Source: Octopus vulgaris (Eukaryota). From it: DNA of 64,000 nt. The notes below the pieces were generated by a model that was given only the letters and a program-made list of their open reading frames with translations, had not been told where the DNA came from and made no database searches. Below, in pieces: positions 1 through 13,495 of this stretch. The first letter of the stretch is position 1. Each line of letters starts with the position of its first letter. The position numbers and the translations under genes were made by a program. The stretch lies in NCBI GenBank assembly GCA_951406725.2, contig OX597825.1, positions 77,128,001-77,192,000 on the forward strand. The letters run 5' to 3'.

Positions 1-5
1 CTACA

Positions 6-57
<52 letters not shown>

Positions 58-75
58 TATATATATATATAGGAG

Positions 76-466
76 CAGGCGTGGCTGGGTTGTGCTGAAG
101 CTTGCTTCCCAATTGTATGGTTCCAGGTTCAGTCCTACTGCGCGGTACCTGGGCAATTGTCTTCTACTATATCCTCGTGCCGATCCAAGCCTTGTGAGTG
201 GATCCTGTGAATGGAAACTGAAAGAAGCCCATCGTATATATTTGTGTGTGTGTGTGTGTGCCTATGTTTGTTCCCCCTTCGCCGCTTGACAACCGGTGCC
301 GGTGCGTTTATGTCCCCGTAACTTAACGGTTCGGCAAAAAATACCGACACAACAACTACTAGGCTTAAAACAAAACAGAACGTCCTGAGGTCAATTTTTT
401 CGACTACAACCTTTGCTCCAGCATGGCCGCAATCAAATGACTGAAACACATAAAAGAATAAAATAA
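76..466 (+). mobile_element. SINE family A copy (tRNA-like head, internal TA/TG tract), diverged
   Basis: Head GGCGTGGCTG..TG..GGTTCAGTCC (A/B-box-like), body GGGCAATTGTCTTCTACTATA, tail CCAGCATGGCCGCAATCAAATGACTGAAAC; colinear with copies at 9757, 13079, 39414, 49903. Confidence 0.85.
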
Positions 467-490
467 TACATACATACATACATACATACA

Positions 491-522
<32 letters not shown>

Positions 523-832
523 CGTACATACATACAAGCGTGTGCATATGTGTCTTTGCGTGTCTATATATATATCTGTGCGTGTATGCCAGTGTGTGTG
601 TAAGATTTTGGCCTCAACTCAGTGAAGGAACACGTAAGACAAAATAAATATCGTTCTGAGAGATCGATTATTTAAGCTATGCTAAAAATAATCTATCAAT
701 GTGTGGCCGGTAAGCTGTTGTATTGATGACGTTCACTGTTATTGAATTATATGGGATTAAATTGATCTGTAAGATAGCGAGCCAACCTACGAGGTAGATG
801 ATCTATATATTGTTGCTGTGTGTATGTGTGTG

Positions 833-932
<100 letters not shown>

Positions 933-936
933 CACG

Positions 937-968
<32 letters not shown>

Positions 969-1339
969 CATATGTATGTGTGTGTATGTATACACGTACA
1001 CACATTCACTTACACATATACGCAGATGCATATTTACATGTACACATACATGCAAAAACATGCAGGCATATTCCACCCACATCACCCACCCACACATATA
1101 TATGTATATATATATGTATATATATATATATACATTCGTGTATATACAAATACATGCATACATACGTATGTATATATGTGTTTGTATATATATGTACGTA
1201 TGTATACACACACACATATAAATATATACAAATATACATATAGATATATATGTACACATTCTTACACACATGCTCTGACAAACATACAAACACAATCACA
1301 CACACAACACACACAACACACGCACATATTGCTTTGACG

Positions 1340-2505
1340 AAAGAGTTCGCCTCTTTAAGAAAAAATATGACAAGTTTTTAACATAAAGCGATTTATTGAA
1401 TCAAAGATATAATTGCCGTTTTGATCATAATCTTCTGCTGTCATGTGTGGGCATGTCCGTCATCACTTACTTCAAGAATTTCCTGTTTTCATTGGGAAAG
1501 AACTCCTCCCGCCACAAATTTTTACATTCTCTTCAGAGTTAAAGACCTTAACCATTCATTGAAGTTTGAAGAAACCAAAATCTGAATGCGCCAAGTCGGG
1601 CGAATATGAGAGGCAAAACTTTTCAGCCAAGCCCCAGTAATGTCTGCTGTGTTCACAAAAATGAATGCGGTCTAAAATTGCTTGATGAAGGACGATCCCT
1701 CCCCGATTAGAAAGCTCTGGTCCCTTTTGCTGGATCGCTGCATTCAATATGTCCAGCTGGTCATAGTAGACATCCGAATTGATGGCCCCGTTCTTGGGGA
1801 AAATCTCATAAAAGACTAGACTGAAATATAACCCTATTTGGGTCGAGTGATTTGGAGGTTGCCTGAGGGAGTTCGCTGCGCTACCCTCAGGATCGTTTGC
1901 GCTTCACATTGTTATTGCCGATTCATTTTTTACCTCCTGCCACTCTTCTCTTCGGAAAAAGGCGATCGTTTTCTTTACACATCTGCAATTCACCGCATTT
2001 AGATGGACATTCAGTTGACCAAGTCGTCCTTACCCACTTGATATGGGATCCACACATCGAGCCTTCTAACGTAACCAAGTTGAAGCAGATTGCTTTCAAC
2101 ATATGATTTGAATATTTGGGTAATATCTACTACAACCTGGTCGTACAACGGGACCTGGTCGCGACTAAATCCCTCACTTTGCTGACGTTAATCATATTTG
2201 GTCGACCAGAATAAGATGCATCTTGAATGGAAAAATTTCTTGAACGCAGTATATTGAAAACTACCTCTGGCACACATGTTCCGTAACAGCATCATCTTCA
2301 TACACATCACATATTTTCCTTCAGATTTCCGTAACCCTCTTGCCCTTTTTAATCGCCCCCACTCTAAAGCATAACGTGTCAATAATGTTCGTTTTGGTTC
2401 TCCATTTTCAGAGTGATCTCGTCACAAGTCCGCGACAAGGGATAAGACAAGCGAATGGTGATAAGTCGTGTGTATAAAGCCGAATAACATAATAGTTGGG
2501 CCAAC
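1340..2505 (-). mobile_element. Decayed mariner DNA transposon with transposase pseudogene (about 2405->1395)
   Basis: Minus strand reads, with stops and frameshifts, MENQNEHY*HVML..KKGKRVTEI*RKICDVYEDDAVTEHVCQR*F..SGRP, then LNAAIQQKGPELSNRGGIVLHQ, YSPDLAHSDFGFF (YSPDLAPSD motif) and terminal DQNGNYIFD. Outer boundaries approximate. Confidence 0.85.
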
Positions 2506-2571
2506 ATTTCGTTTGATTGAATACAAAAAAAAAAGGATCTCAGCATCACTCAGAGCAGACATTGGAATAAA

Positions 2572-2742
2572 ACATACATACATACATACATACATACATG
2601 CATGCATATATACATACATATATGCATACATACATACATACATACATACATACATACATACATACATACATACATACATGCATGCATATATACATACATA
2701 TATGCATACATACATACATACATACATACATACATACATACA

Positions 2743-2772
<30 letters not shown>
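2572..2772. repeat. (CATA)n microsatellite
   Basis: Directly visible, with CATG interruptions. Confidence 0.95.
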
Positions 2773-2773
<1 letters not shown>

Positions 2774-2829
2774 GCTGGTGAAATGTGCTCTTACGGAAAT
2801 TTTCCGGGGAAAAATAACTTTGGTTTGAA

Positions 2830-4160
2830 GTATTCTCTCGAGGAGAGAGTATTCTCTACCTAAGTAAGTAAAAAAACACCAGATACGGTATTAAAAGCTG
2901 TTAACGAAATTGGTGTGATGAACCCACATACTGGCAGATTAACGCCTGTCTGTATTCTCTGGTCACTACTATGATATTCAAAAAGTAAACTAAACGAAAT
3001 AACATCATGGGTTTTGAAGATAGAGCAAAGATCAGTGGTTTACGGAAGACCATCAGTGATGTAATGATGCTTATTGCATGCAAATAAGCAAATCACTATA
3101 CGTCTCACCAACAGAAAATAAAGGAGGAGATAGAAATGATGTTTGGGGACTGCAAAAAGAGGACACAAACTCATTACCCTCAAGTAGGAGCTAAAAGCTG
3201 TCAGCGGAAAACTCCAACATCAGAAGGGAATAGGTAGGAGCACTCCGTCGGTTGCGACGATGAGGGTCCCAGCTGATACGATCAACGGAACAGCTTGCTC
3301 GTGATATTAACGTGCAAGTGGCTGAGCACTCCACAGACACGTGTACCCTTAACATAGTTCTCAGGGAGATTCAGCGTGACACACAGAATGTGACAAGGCT
3401 GGCCCTTTGAAATACAGGTACAAGAGAAACAGGAAGAAAGAGCGAGAGAAAGTTGTGGTGAAAGAGTACAGCAGGGTTCACCACCATCCCTGCCGGAGCC
3501 TCGTGGAGCTTTTAGGTGTTTTCGCTCAATAAACACTCACAATGCCCGGTCTGGGAATCGAAACCGCGATCCTCCGACCGCGAGTCCGCTGCCCTAACCA
3601 CTGGGCCATTGCGCCTCCACCTCAGAAGAGAATAACTGAGAGAAGAACAATAAACAAAAAATTTTAATGCGACCAGGCTGCAGTATGCAGATACTTGAGA
3701 GGAGGGGCAGTAAACATCACGGAAGCTCTTTCACGAGAAGACATAGACTCCTTCTGGAAGAAAATATGGAGTGAAGAGAAGAAATTTAAGCAAGATGCTC
3801 TGTGGCTGGAAGAAATCCGAAGAAGTTGTTGCTCCTGCTTTACACCCAAGACATACACCATTGATGGTGAAACTTTTGCAACTGTAATCCGGAAACTCCA
3901 AGATGGAAAAGCACCTGGAAGAGACTTGATTGTTGGATATTGGTACAAGAATATAACATTCTACCGACCATATCTTACCAACCTGTACCAGCAAGCTTTC
4001 ACTGGGAACCGTAGAATACCACACTGGTTAGCTCTGGCGGAGACAAAATTGATCCCCAAATGCAGACCACCCACATGGCCAAAAATTAGCGGCCAACTGC
4101 ATGGCAGAACTTAATGTATAAGATATATACAGCACATTTAAACCTCTTCCTCCAGGACTT
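2830..4160 (+). pseudogene. Non-LTR retrotransposon fragment (R4/Dong-like, RT N-terminal part), interrupted by a SINE
   Basis: ORF 3695-4114 has SFWKKIW..KAPGRDLIVGYWYK..WLALAETKLIPK and continues after a frameshift as KN*RPTAWQNLMYKIYT (RT domains 0-2). Upstream decayed LKAVNEI..YWQINACLYS. Clade assignment from motif recall. Confidence 0.75.
3233..3618 (-). mobile_element. SINE family C, full length, with 16-bp target-site duplication
   Basis: Minus-strand head GGAGGCGCAATGGCCCAGTGGTTAGGGCAGCGG..GGTTTCGATTCCC (pol III A and B boxes). Flanked by ACATCAGAAGGGAATA (3217-3232) and ACCTCAGAAGAGAATA (3619-3634). Confidence 0.9.
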
Positions 4161-4184
4161 GTGCCAAAATTTGATAACCGTTAT

Positions 4185-4391
4185 AATTCTTTCTACTATA
4201 AGCAGTTTTGAGAGGAGAGGCAATCAAGAATATCAACTCCAGTGCTCATCTTGTACTTGTTTTATCAGCTCCTAAAAGATAAAAGGCAACACCGACATCT
4301 GTGGAATTTGAACTCAAAACATAATTGGCCAGAAGAAATGCTACGAAGCATTTTTACTAGTGTGCTAACGATTCTACCAGCTCACTGCCTA
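4185..4391 (-). mobile_element. SINE family B copy, diverged
   Basis: Reverse complement of GAGCTGGTAGAATCGTTAGCAC..GAGTTCAAATTCC..GCCTTTTATCTTTT..GATAAAACAAGTAC; matches copies at 26462, 43229, 59718. Confidence 0.8.
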
Positions 4392-4419
4392 TCGTAAAAT
4401 ATAGACCAAGTGTCCTGAG

Positions 4420-4830
4420 TTTGTGGGAGAGAATGAAATATATTTGGATGAGACTGTCGTAGATATCTCGTGTATATAAATAAAGGAGTGCTTATGCTTT
4501 TGTAGAGGCTACTTATTAATGTTCAATGAACTCTTTGTAAACATTTGACTGAGAATAGTGTTGTAGATATATACTGGAATAATATACAACAACGTCTTCA
4601 TCAACCGCTCAGTTGATAGGGTCATTACATTTACAAATGAATGGAGAAGGTGAAAATTTTGTGTTAGATAATCTTTTTGTATAGTAAACGATAATGAAAT
4701 TTGGAAAGTATTTACATGAGAATTTGCAAATCTTCATCAAATTAATGATTTTTGTGATTTTGCGGTTGGTTGCAAAATGAAGAGAAATGGAAATTTGAAA
4801 CTCTTTAGCAACATATATTCTCACATTTAA
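4420..4830 (-). pseudogene. Decayed Penelope-like element (Naiad-type) RT-endonuclease linker and GIY-YIG remnant
   Basis: VAKEF..ISLHF..KIIN..KFS..PN..KRL linker, then CKCNDPIN* (CxCx5C spacing), DVVVY, and after frameshifts HKHSF and SSKYI; same motif order as the copy at 55800. Confidence 0.55.
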
Positions 4831-5413
4831 AGTATATATTGGATTATACCACAGAATATTTCGTGGAATATTTTCTTCTGCAGTGCATTAGATCTAAGCA
4901 GATATATTTACTCTGAGGAGCTAGATCATTTTAATACTGAGGAACACAGTTTCGCATAAAGATGATAATAGGAGGATTTACGCTTTTTAAGAATTAAATG
5001 ATTAAATATTTGGCAAGTGATTGAATGAAACTCATATTCGTATGAAACAAGTCTTTAGATTTGTAGAAAAGACGGAACGTCTTTACTACAAATCAAAAGT
5101 TGTAGAGTAAAACTGATATCCACTGTAATAAGCAAACCTCACCTAAAGAAACCATAAAGACACGATCAGAACACGATGACAGAAAAACAGATTGCAGATA
5201 AGCCGTGAGGTTGATGTAGGAGAATTAGAGGGCTAGGGTGGAAAAAATTACAGACTAGCAAACAAATATTGATACGCATACACTCACACACATATAAGAG
5301 GCATATAAATAGATACAGAGAAGTATAAACAAACAAGTACACACACATACAAACATAAATATGCACGCATGCATGTATATGTGTGTGTGTGGTTGTGTGC
5401 GTGTGTATATATG

Positions 5414-5457
<44 letters not shown>

Positions 5458-5758
5458 TTCGTATATATATATGTGTACTATATACGTATATATATGAATG
5501 CATTTATACGTAAATAGAATGTATTTGTTACGCTTTTGCTATCTGTCAATCTGTCTGTTTGTCACTCTCTCCGTATAATGTACATGTGTGTGTGTACAAT
5601 TTAATATATAAACATATCTATAATTTATATCTCTCCCTCACTCTCTCTCTCCATCTCGATCTCTCCTTTTCTTATATGCACACACATACATTCACATACA
5701 AATGCACATATATACATACACATATACATATATATATATATACATACATATATATATG

Positions 5759-5793
<35 letters not shown>

Positions 5794-5932
5794 CTCCCTC
5801 ACTCTCTCTCTCCATCTCGATCTCTCCTTTTCTTATATGCACACACAAACATTCACATACAAATGCACATATATACATACACATATACATATATATATAC
5901 ATACATATATATATGTATATATATACTATATA

Positions 5933-5979
<47 letters not shown>

Positions 5980-6629
5980 GTATATATATATACACACACA
6001 AGGATGGAGCTGTTTGTGCATTTAAAACTAAGTAGCTTGAATGATATTTCCATTATTACATCAGATTTGTAAAAAAAACACATTTCTCTCTCTCCCTCAC
6101 ACTCTCAAGAGTCTATCTTGTGATTAATTTCTCTTCGTTCCATCTCCCGACCAATTCCAATTTCCATATCCTCTTTCATGTTTTCTTCTGGTTCTTGTTT
6201 ATTCCGTATTAACTTAATCACTCTCACTCCACCCCAATGCCATTATTCAGCGCCTCATAAAGGATTCTCACACGTCTTTTCTCACTAGATTATTATACAT
6301 ACATATAGATACATATATAGATATACATACATACCTACATACATATATACACATGCATATATTCACACATATACATACACTCATTCATACATACATATAT
6401 ACCTACATACATAGGCATAGATATACTTATATATATATACATTGATACATAGATATATGCAGAGAAGCATTCATACAGCTACACATATATATGTTTACCT
6501 ACGTTTGTGTGTGTGTGCGTATTCATTATATATAAACATATATATATATATATAATATATCTGTATGTATATGTTTATGTATATCTAAACCTATCTACCA
6601 ATACATACATACATACATACATACATACA

Positions 6630-6725
<96 letters not shown>

Positions 6726-6939
6726 AAAGTTTGTGTGTATATGTGTACCAGGAGCTTCTATATAATTATATTTTTAAATATACGTGTCTATGTGTATTGT
6801 CTGTGAATTGTGTGTGCGTAAATGTGATGTGCTGTGTGTGTATGTGTGTGTGTGTGTGTTTGTGTGTGGTGCGTGTATCTGTATACATATATATCTATGT
6901 CTATGCGTATAGACAGGCAAACAGAAAGATAGATAGACA

Positions 6940-6999
6940 AATATAGAAAGATAGATAGATAGAAAGATAAATAGATCGAGATATATATATATATATATT

Positions 7000-7090
<91 letters not shown>

Positions 7091-7134
7091 CGAGATAGAT
7101 AGATAGATAGATAGATAAATAGAAAGATAGATAG

Positions 7135-7181
<47 letters not shown>

Positions 7182-7204
7182 TAGATAGATAGATATATAT
7201 ATAT

Positions 7205-7271
<67 letters not shown>

Positions 7272-7272
7272 T
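6940..7272. repeat. (GATA)n/(TA)n compound microsatellite
   Basis: Directly visible. Confidence 0.95.
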
Positions 7273-8351
7273 ACGAGCACAAACCTATACTTGTGCACTG
7301 AAAATTCCATCCTTTTCTTTATTCCTTTATAACAAAACCCCTCAAGCTATCACCCGCATCCACAACCACTCTCACTTCATTTGTTCGTCCGCCATATTTT
7401 ATTGATTCTTTCTTCTTATTATCTGAGCTGTGAGTGTTAAGGATTAAGCTTAAATTTGCGTATTAAAGCATTAAATAAAAACTAGGACGAAACATCTTGA
7501 ATTTTGGTCGATATTGAACGGAAAAATATGATAATTGTAAGCAAAATTATTACAAATTATCACAATCGCCTATTTTTCATTTTTACTGCGTGATATCTTT
7601 TCTTCTGCTACGTAATGAAACTAATATTTCACGAGTCTATTTTGCAATGAAAAAAATATGTAAAGAATCCAGTTGTTAAATTTATCATTGAAATCCTTTG
7701 TTCTAAGTGGAAATAATTTAAACAATAGCTGTTGCCATATCTTCATAGTTGATGTTTTTATTGAGATTTAGATCCAGCGATCCAAGATGCCCTCGATCGA
7801 GCAGGCCCCTGATAAGAACCAATCCAGATGTGATCCTTTTTGTACTGCTTTCTTCTTCTGTACTATTCTCGAAGTGCGCGCCCTTTAGAAAAAAAAAACT
7901 GTCCGTAGTGACGGATTCAGCCCACGAAAGTTAAGCCGCAGAAAATTGAGTGAAATAGTTATTAAAAGATATATGTAACTACTGCTCCAGTTGTGTTCCG
8001 TGCCACTTATTCGTAAACACACACATATATATATGTATATATGTATGTATATATACATATATGTATGTGTACAGACACACACACACACACATACATATAT
8101 ATGTATGTGTACATATATACAGATAGATAGATAGGTGCATATATGTATATATGTATACACATATATAAAAGTTATGTATAGGCATATACTGAATAAATAG
8201 GTATGTATATATGTGCGTATGTATGCATGTATTCATATACATATGTCTGTGTGTGTGTGTATACATATATATATATATATAATAATAACTTCTTAGGTAA
8301 CCAGAAGATGGATTTGGTATTACTCTTTTCTTTGTACCTACATATAGATTT

Positions 8352-8386
<35 letters not shown>

Positions 8387-8392
8387 TGCTCC

Positions 8393-8424
<32 letters not shown>

Positions 8425-8956
8425 GATATATAATACACGTATGCGTGTGTAGTTCTGTGTGTGTGCAGTTGTGTACTTGGTTGCCTGTACTGGTGGAAAC
8501 TCCTTACGAAATTTAATGCCGCAGAATAAGTCGAACTCTCTTTAAACAAGTGGCCTAAATCCGGTCAAACTTAGCCATTCAATAAATAAAATGGTGATCG
8601 ATAAAACGATTAACTAAGTATATAGCTCAATATAATTGACTAACACTTTTGAAAGCAGTTTTCCAACATCGTCACATTGTGAAGCCGACAATTTTCAAAT
8701 GGTCAACAGCCTCGTTCTGGAATGCGCCTTTCGAGTAGAAAACATGGCAGCTACTATTAGTGCGCTTTCCCATATTTCAAGGCTAAATGAAGGAGTTTAA
8801 TAATTACAGATGATAGGGTCGAAGAAGAAATAATTATAATATACTATCTTAGGGTGGATGCATTTTGCGTGTGAACTGGCTCGGGGGAAAATAATGATTA
8901 TTCCTCACAAGCGATTCGGCGTGAATTTCAGGCATGCCAGTGTATAGCATGTGTTG

Positions 8957-9353
8957 ATGTATGTATGTATGTATGTATGTATGTATGTATGTATGTATGT
9001 ATGTATGTGTGTATGCATGCATGTATGTATGTATGTATGTATGTATGTATGTATGTATGCATGTATGTATATATGTATGCATGCATGTATGTATGTATGT
9101 TTGTATGTATGTTTGTAAGTATGTATGTATGTATGTATGTATGTATGTATGTATGTATGTATGAATGTATGTATGCATGCATGTATGTATATATGTATGC
9201 ATGCATGTATGTATGTATGTATGTAAGTATGTATGTATGTATGATTGTATGTATGAATGTATGTATATTTATATAAATATGTGTCTATACAGACATACAT
9301 ACACATATATTGATATAGCGCTAGATATAGATATATAGGTGTAGATAAATGTT

Positions 9354-9433
<80 letters not shown>

Positions 9434-9442
9434 TGTGTGTGT
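8957..9442. repeat. (TATG)n then (TG)n microsatellites
   Basis: Directly visible. Confidence 0.95.
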
Positions 9443-9756
9443 GCACATGTGTGCATCTTAACCTGCAATTAAGGGTTTTCACGGATCATTTCATTCAGCT
9501 TCACTGGATATTCAGTAAGTGATTCTAAAATTTCTTTTCTTCCACGCTTCTCTCCCAGCTATTCTCGTTCAACGCATACACGCTCATCCTCACGTACAGA
9601 AGAACTAACACACGTACACACACAAATAACCATACACAAATATATATATATATATATATATATACATTTACACGTATAAATGTAATTATGTATATAGATA
9701 TAATTATATACCTATATAATCTTCTCACCTACTATATATAGACTTATATACATACA

Positions 9757-10112
9757 GGAGCAGGAGTGGCTGTGTGGTAAGTAGCTTGTTTACCAACCAC
9801 ATGGTTCCGGGTTCAGTCCTACTGCGTGACACCTTGGGCAAGTGTCTTCTACTATAGCCTCGGGTCGACCAAAGCCTTGTGAGTGGATTTGGTAGACGTG
9901 TGTATGTTTGTGTGTCTGTGTTTGTCCCCCCAACATGGCTTGACAACCGATGCTGGTGTGTTTATGTCCCCGTTACTTATCGGTTCGGCAAAATAGACCG
10001 ATAGAATAAGTATTGGGCTTACAAAAGAATAAGTTCCAGGGTCGAGTTGCTCGATTAAAGGCGGTGCTCCAGCATGGCCGCAGTCAAATGACTGAAACAA
10101 GTAAAGAGTAAA
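9757..10112 (+). mobile_element. SINE family A copy
   Basis: GGAGTGGCTGTGTGGTAAGTAGCTTG..GGTTCAGTCC..ACCTTGGGCAAGTGTCTTC..GGCGGTGCTCCAGCATGGCCGCAGTCAAATGACTGAAACAAGTAAAGAG. Confidence 0.92.
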
Positions 10113-10142
10113 TACATAGATATACGCATGTTTATATGTATA

Positions 10143-10435
10143 TAGATGGTCTGATCAATAAGTATCCGGACTGTTGCCATAGTAATAAAGTTAAAGCATA
10201 CGGAATGCGAAGTGAAGCTACTTGGCATAGAGGGATCTTAAACTTTGCTATGATTGCGCCTGAGTATTAACGTTCTAGCTCACTTCCACTGTCTACAGCA
10301 ATGCTTGGAAGGAAGGTGTGTAGCATGTGCTCGTCGCATTGACCACGAGAGAGAGAGTTGAGCAGAGAATCAGCATCAAATTTCCCCAAAAGCTTGGCGA
10401 TGCCTGCTTAGAGGCCTACGCAGAGTTTTGAATGT
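10143..10435 (+). mobile_element. 5' fragment of a mariner-like transposon
   Basis: Starts TA-GATGGTCTGATCAATAAGTATCCGGAC (mariner-TIR-like) and ends in ERVEQRISIKFPQKLGDACLEAY, resembling the EQRxxIKFxxKLG mariner N-terminus. Confidence 0.6.
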
Positions 10436-10744
10436 TCTAGTTATTAGTATTGTTGCGAATGTTTCAGTCGCTGTTGTTGTTGCGAGTGTTGTCATCGTTA
10501 CTGTTGTAGTTATTGTTGATGTTAACGTTGTTCTTGCTCTCACTTTTGTTACTTGCTGTCACTGTCGCTTTTGTTGACAACATGTTGTTGTTGTTGTGGT
10601 TGTTGTTCTATGATTGGGTTGTGCTGTGGGGCGTGGTCGAGAAATTGATGTTCATTTCTTTATAATTGTTATTGCAACGGGGTGGAGCATCTGAGGGGAG
10701 TTGGTGGAGGAGGTGTGTCTCGATCATTGGCTAAACCAATCTTC

Positions 10745-10808
10745 ATCGTCATCGTCATCATCATCATCATCATCAACATTATCTATAATGATAATAATAA
10801 TAATAATA

Positions 10809-10843
<35 letters not shown>

Positions 10844-11141
10844 GATGATGATGATGATGACGATGATGACGATGATGATGATGACGATGATGATGATGAT
10901 GATTTCATTTGCCACCAAGGCGGATGAGAATAGTAACAGCAACAACAATAATGATATTAATTCTTCTTCTTCTTCTTCTTCTTCTTCTTCTTCTTCTTCT
11001 TCTTCTAATATTTTATTACTATTGTTGTTGTTGTTGTTGTTGCTGCTGTTATTGTTATCGTTAGAGTTGGTTTTAACCGACATATGATTGGTGTTAGTAC
11101 TGCTAGTTGCAGTGATGATGATGGTGTTAGTAGTAGTAGTT

Positions 11142-11211
<70 letters not shown>

Positions 11212-11460
11212 CATCAGCAGCAGTAGTAGTAGTAACAGTAGTAGTAGCAGTAGTAGCAGCAGCAACAGTAGTTGTGGTAATGGTTGCAGTAGCAGTGGTG
11301 GTGGTGGTGGTGGTAGTGGTGGTAGCGTGTCGGCGGCGTTGCTGGTAGTAGTGACGATGGTAGAGCTGTGTGTTCAAGTTGCGCCTGTACTGTTCGTGGT
11401 GGTAGTGGTGGTGGTGGTGGTGATGCTGCTGCTGCTGGTGATGATGGCGGTGGTGCGTGG
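10745..11460. repeat. Compound triplet repeat field (CAT, AAT, GAT, TTC, GTT, GTA, GCA, GGT)
   Basis: Directly visible succession of triplet tracts. Confidence 0.9.
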
Positions 11461-11868
11461 AACCAGAGCTGGAGCTGTCAGTACTTAAAGATTTATAGAG
11501 GCGGTGAGGGAACAGGGTAATATAGGTGCATAGATAAGTTACCCCTTATTTTCCCTTCTCTGATAATTTCAAAACATTGAATTATTTTCAATAGTTGTCA
11601 GAAAATTCAACAATGTATTGGTTGTTTTTTTATTTTGTTTTTAATTTTTTTTGTTATTTTCCGCCAGCAGCAATCATGGGAATAATCGATCACATGATCA
11701 CATCGTACTCTTTGTGCGTACACTCACACATGCCGTGCACTTGTTACGAATCATACACACCCACACATATAGAGAAGTGTATAAACACGTACTCGTACAT
11801 ATATGTATCTATACGTATTTGAGCATATATTATATATGCGTGTATGTGTGTATGCATATATATATATA

Positions 11869-11946
<78 letters not shown>

Positions 11947-12065
11947 TGTATATATATATATATTGTTAGTTATATATACACATATAAATGTTGATAAATA
12001 TGTATATATATATATATACACGTACATACATATTTCTCAACATATATATGTGTATATATAACTAG

Positions 12066-12103
<38 letters not shown>

Positions 12104-12120
12104 GTATATATATGTATATA

Positions 12121-12172
<52 letters not shown>

Positions 12173-13078
12173 GGGAGAGAGAGACACACACACACATATT
12201 CATGGATATATACACACACACATATACAGACAGAGAGAAAGCGTGAGAAAAAGGGGGCAAGACTTACACATGCCTCTCATATCAATGTTTTATTTATCAC
12301 AGCAAAAATAAAGGGGCTTTTCAATAGTCACTGGCGTTCAGCTTGCTCGAAACAGCAGCCAAAATCTTCCTCAAATCTCATATTAACATTTTTAAAAAAA
12401 CGGATACCTTAAATGATCCAGAGCTGGTTTCCTTGAACATAGAAAATGAAAAAAAGAAGGACGAGAATTGTTAGAATTACCCACTGACTCGGACTACACA
12501 ACAACTGCACTAATGCCATCACAAACATATATAAACATAAAGATATTTACAGATAGAACGCCTTTGAACATAGAAGTATTCTACACTCTCAATTGTCTTC
12601 TGGAATAATAAAGAAAAACTGTTGACGATATATCAGAGTTTTCTCTGCTGCATTATAGATCCCGTGCCACTCGATGCACAGGGCCCTATGACATTTATTT
12701 ATTGGCAACCATCCATAGTGTATATGGATTAGAATTGAAGCCCTCGAGCTGTGTTGCCCCTGAAGAACGGCACAGTGTACCCATGATGTGAGATGGCAAT
12801 GCGATTTGAACAAAACAGCATTACATTAAATTCGTGGTGTATGTATCATATTCAATGTAAGTGATGTACCCCGACTGCCACTTGCTTAACTTCGAGCTCC
12901 TGTATATAGGAAACAACGAATAAAACATTCAGTAGTATTATGGAAGCTTAAGGGCCCATCCCTCAAAAAAAGCGAAACGTATTTGTTGTTCAAGTGATTC
13001 TCTGTTGCGCTGATGTACGTTCTGAGCCGATTATATTGTGTTTTGAGCACAAGTTGATGAAGAGATTTTTATCTCAAA

Positions 13079-13495
13079 CAGGAGTGGCTGTGTGGTAAGT
13101 AGCTTGCTTACCAACCACAAGGTTCCGAGTTCATTCCCACTACGTGGCACCTTGGGCAAGTGTCTTCTAATATAGCCTCGGGCCGACAAAAGCCTTGTGA
13201 GTGGATTTGGTAGACGGAAACTGAAAAGAAGCCCATCGTATATATGTATATATATGTATATGTGTATGTATATGTTTGTGTGTCTGTGTTTGCCCCCCCC
13301 CCCCCAGAACATCGCTTGACAACCGATGGTGGTGTGTTTACGTTCCCGTAACTTAGCGGTTGGGCAAAAGAAATCGATAGAATAAGTACTAGGCTTACAA
13401 AGAATAAGTCCTACGGTCCATTTGCTCGACTTAAGGCGTTGCTCCAGCATGGCCGCAGTCAAAATGACTGAAACAAGTAAAAGAGCAAAAGAGTA
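13079..13495 (+). mobile_element. SINE family A copy, full length
   Basis: Colinear with other A copies; ends GAAACAAGTAAAAGAGCAAAAGAGTA. Confidence 0.92.

Noticed and set aside
3540-3618. tRNA-like sequence with A and B boxes
   Set aside because: It is the head of a TSD-flanked SINE; no complete cloverleaf or acceptor stem seen.
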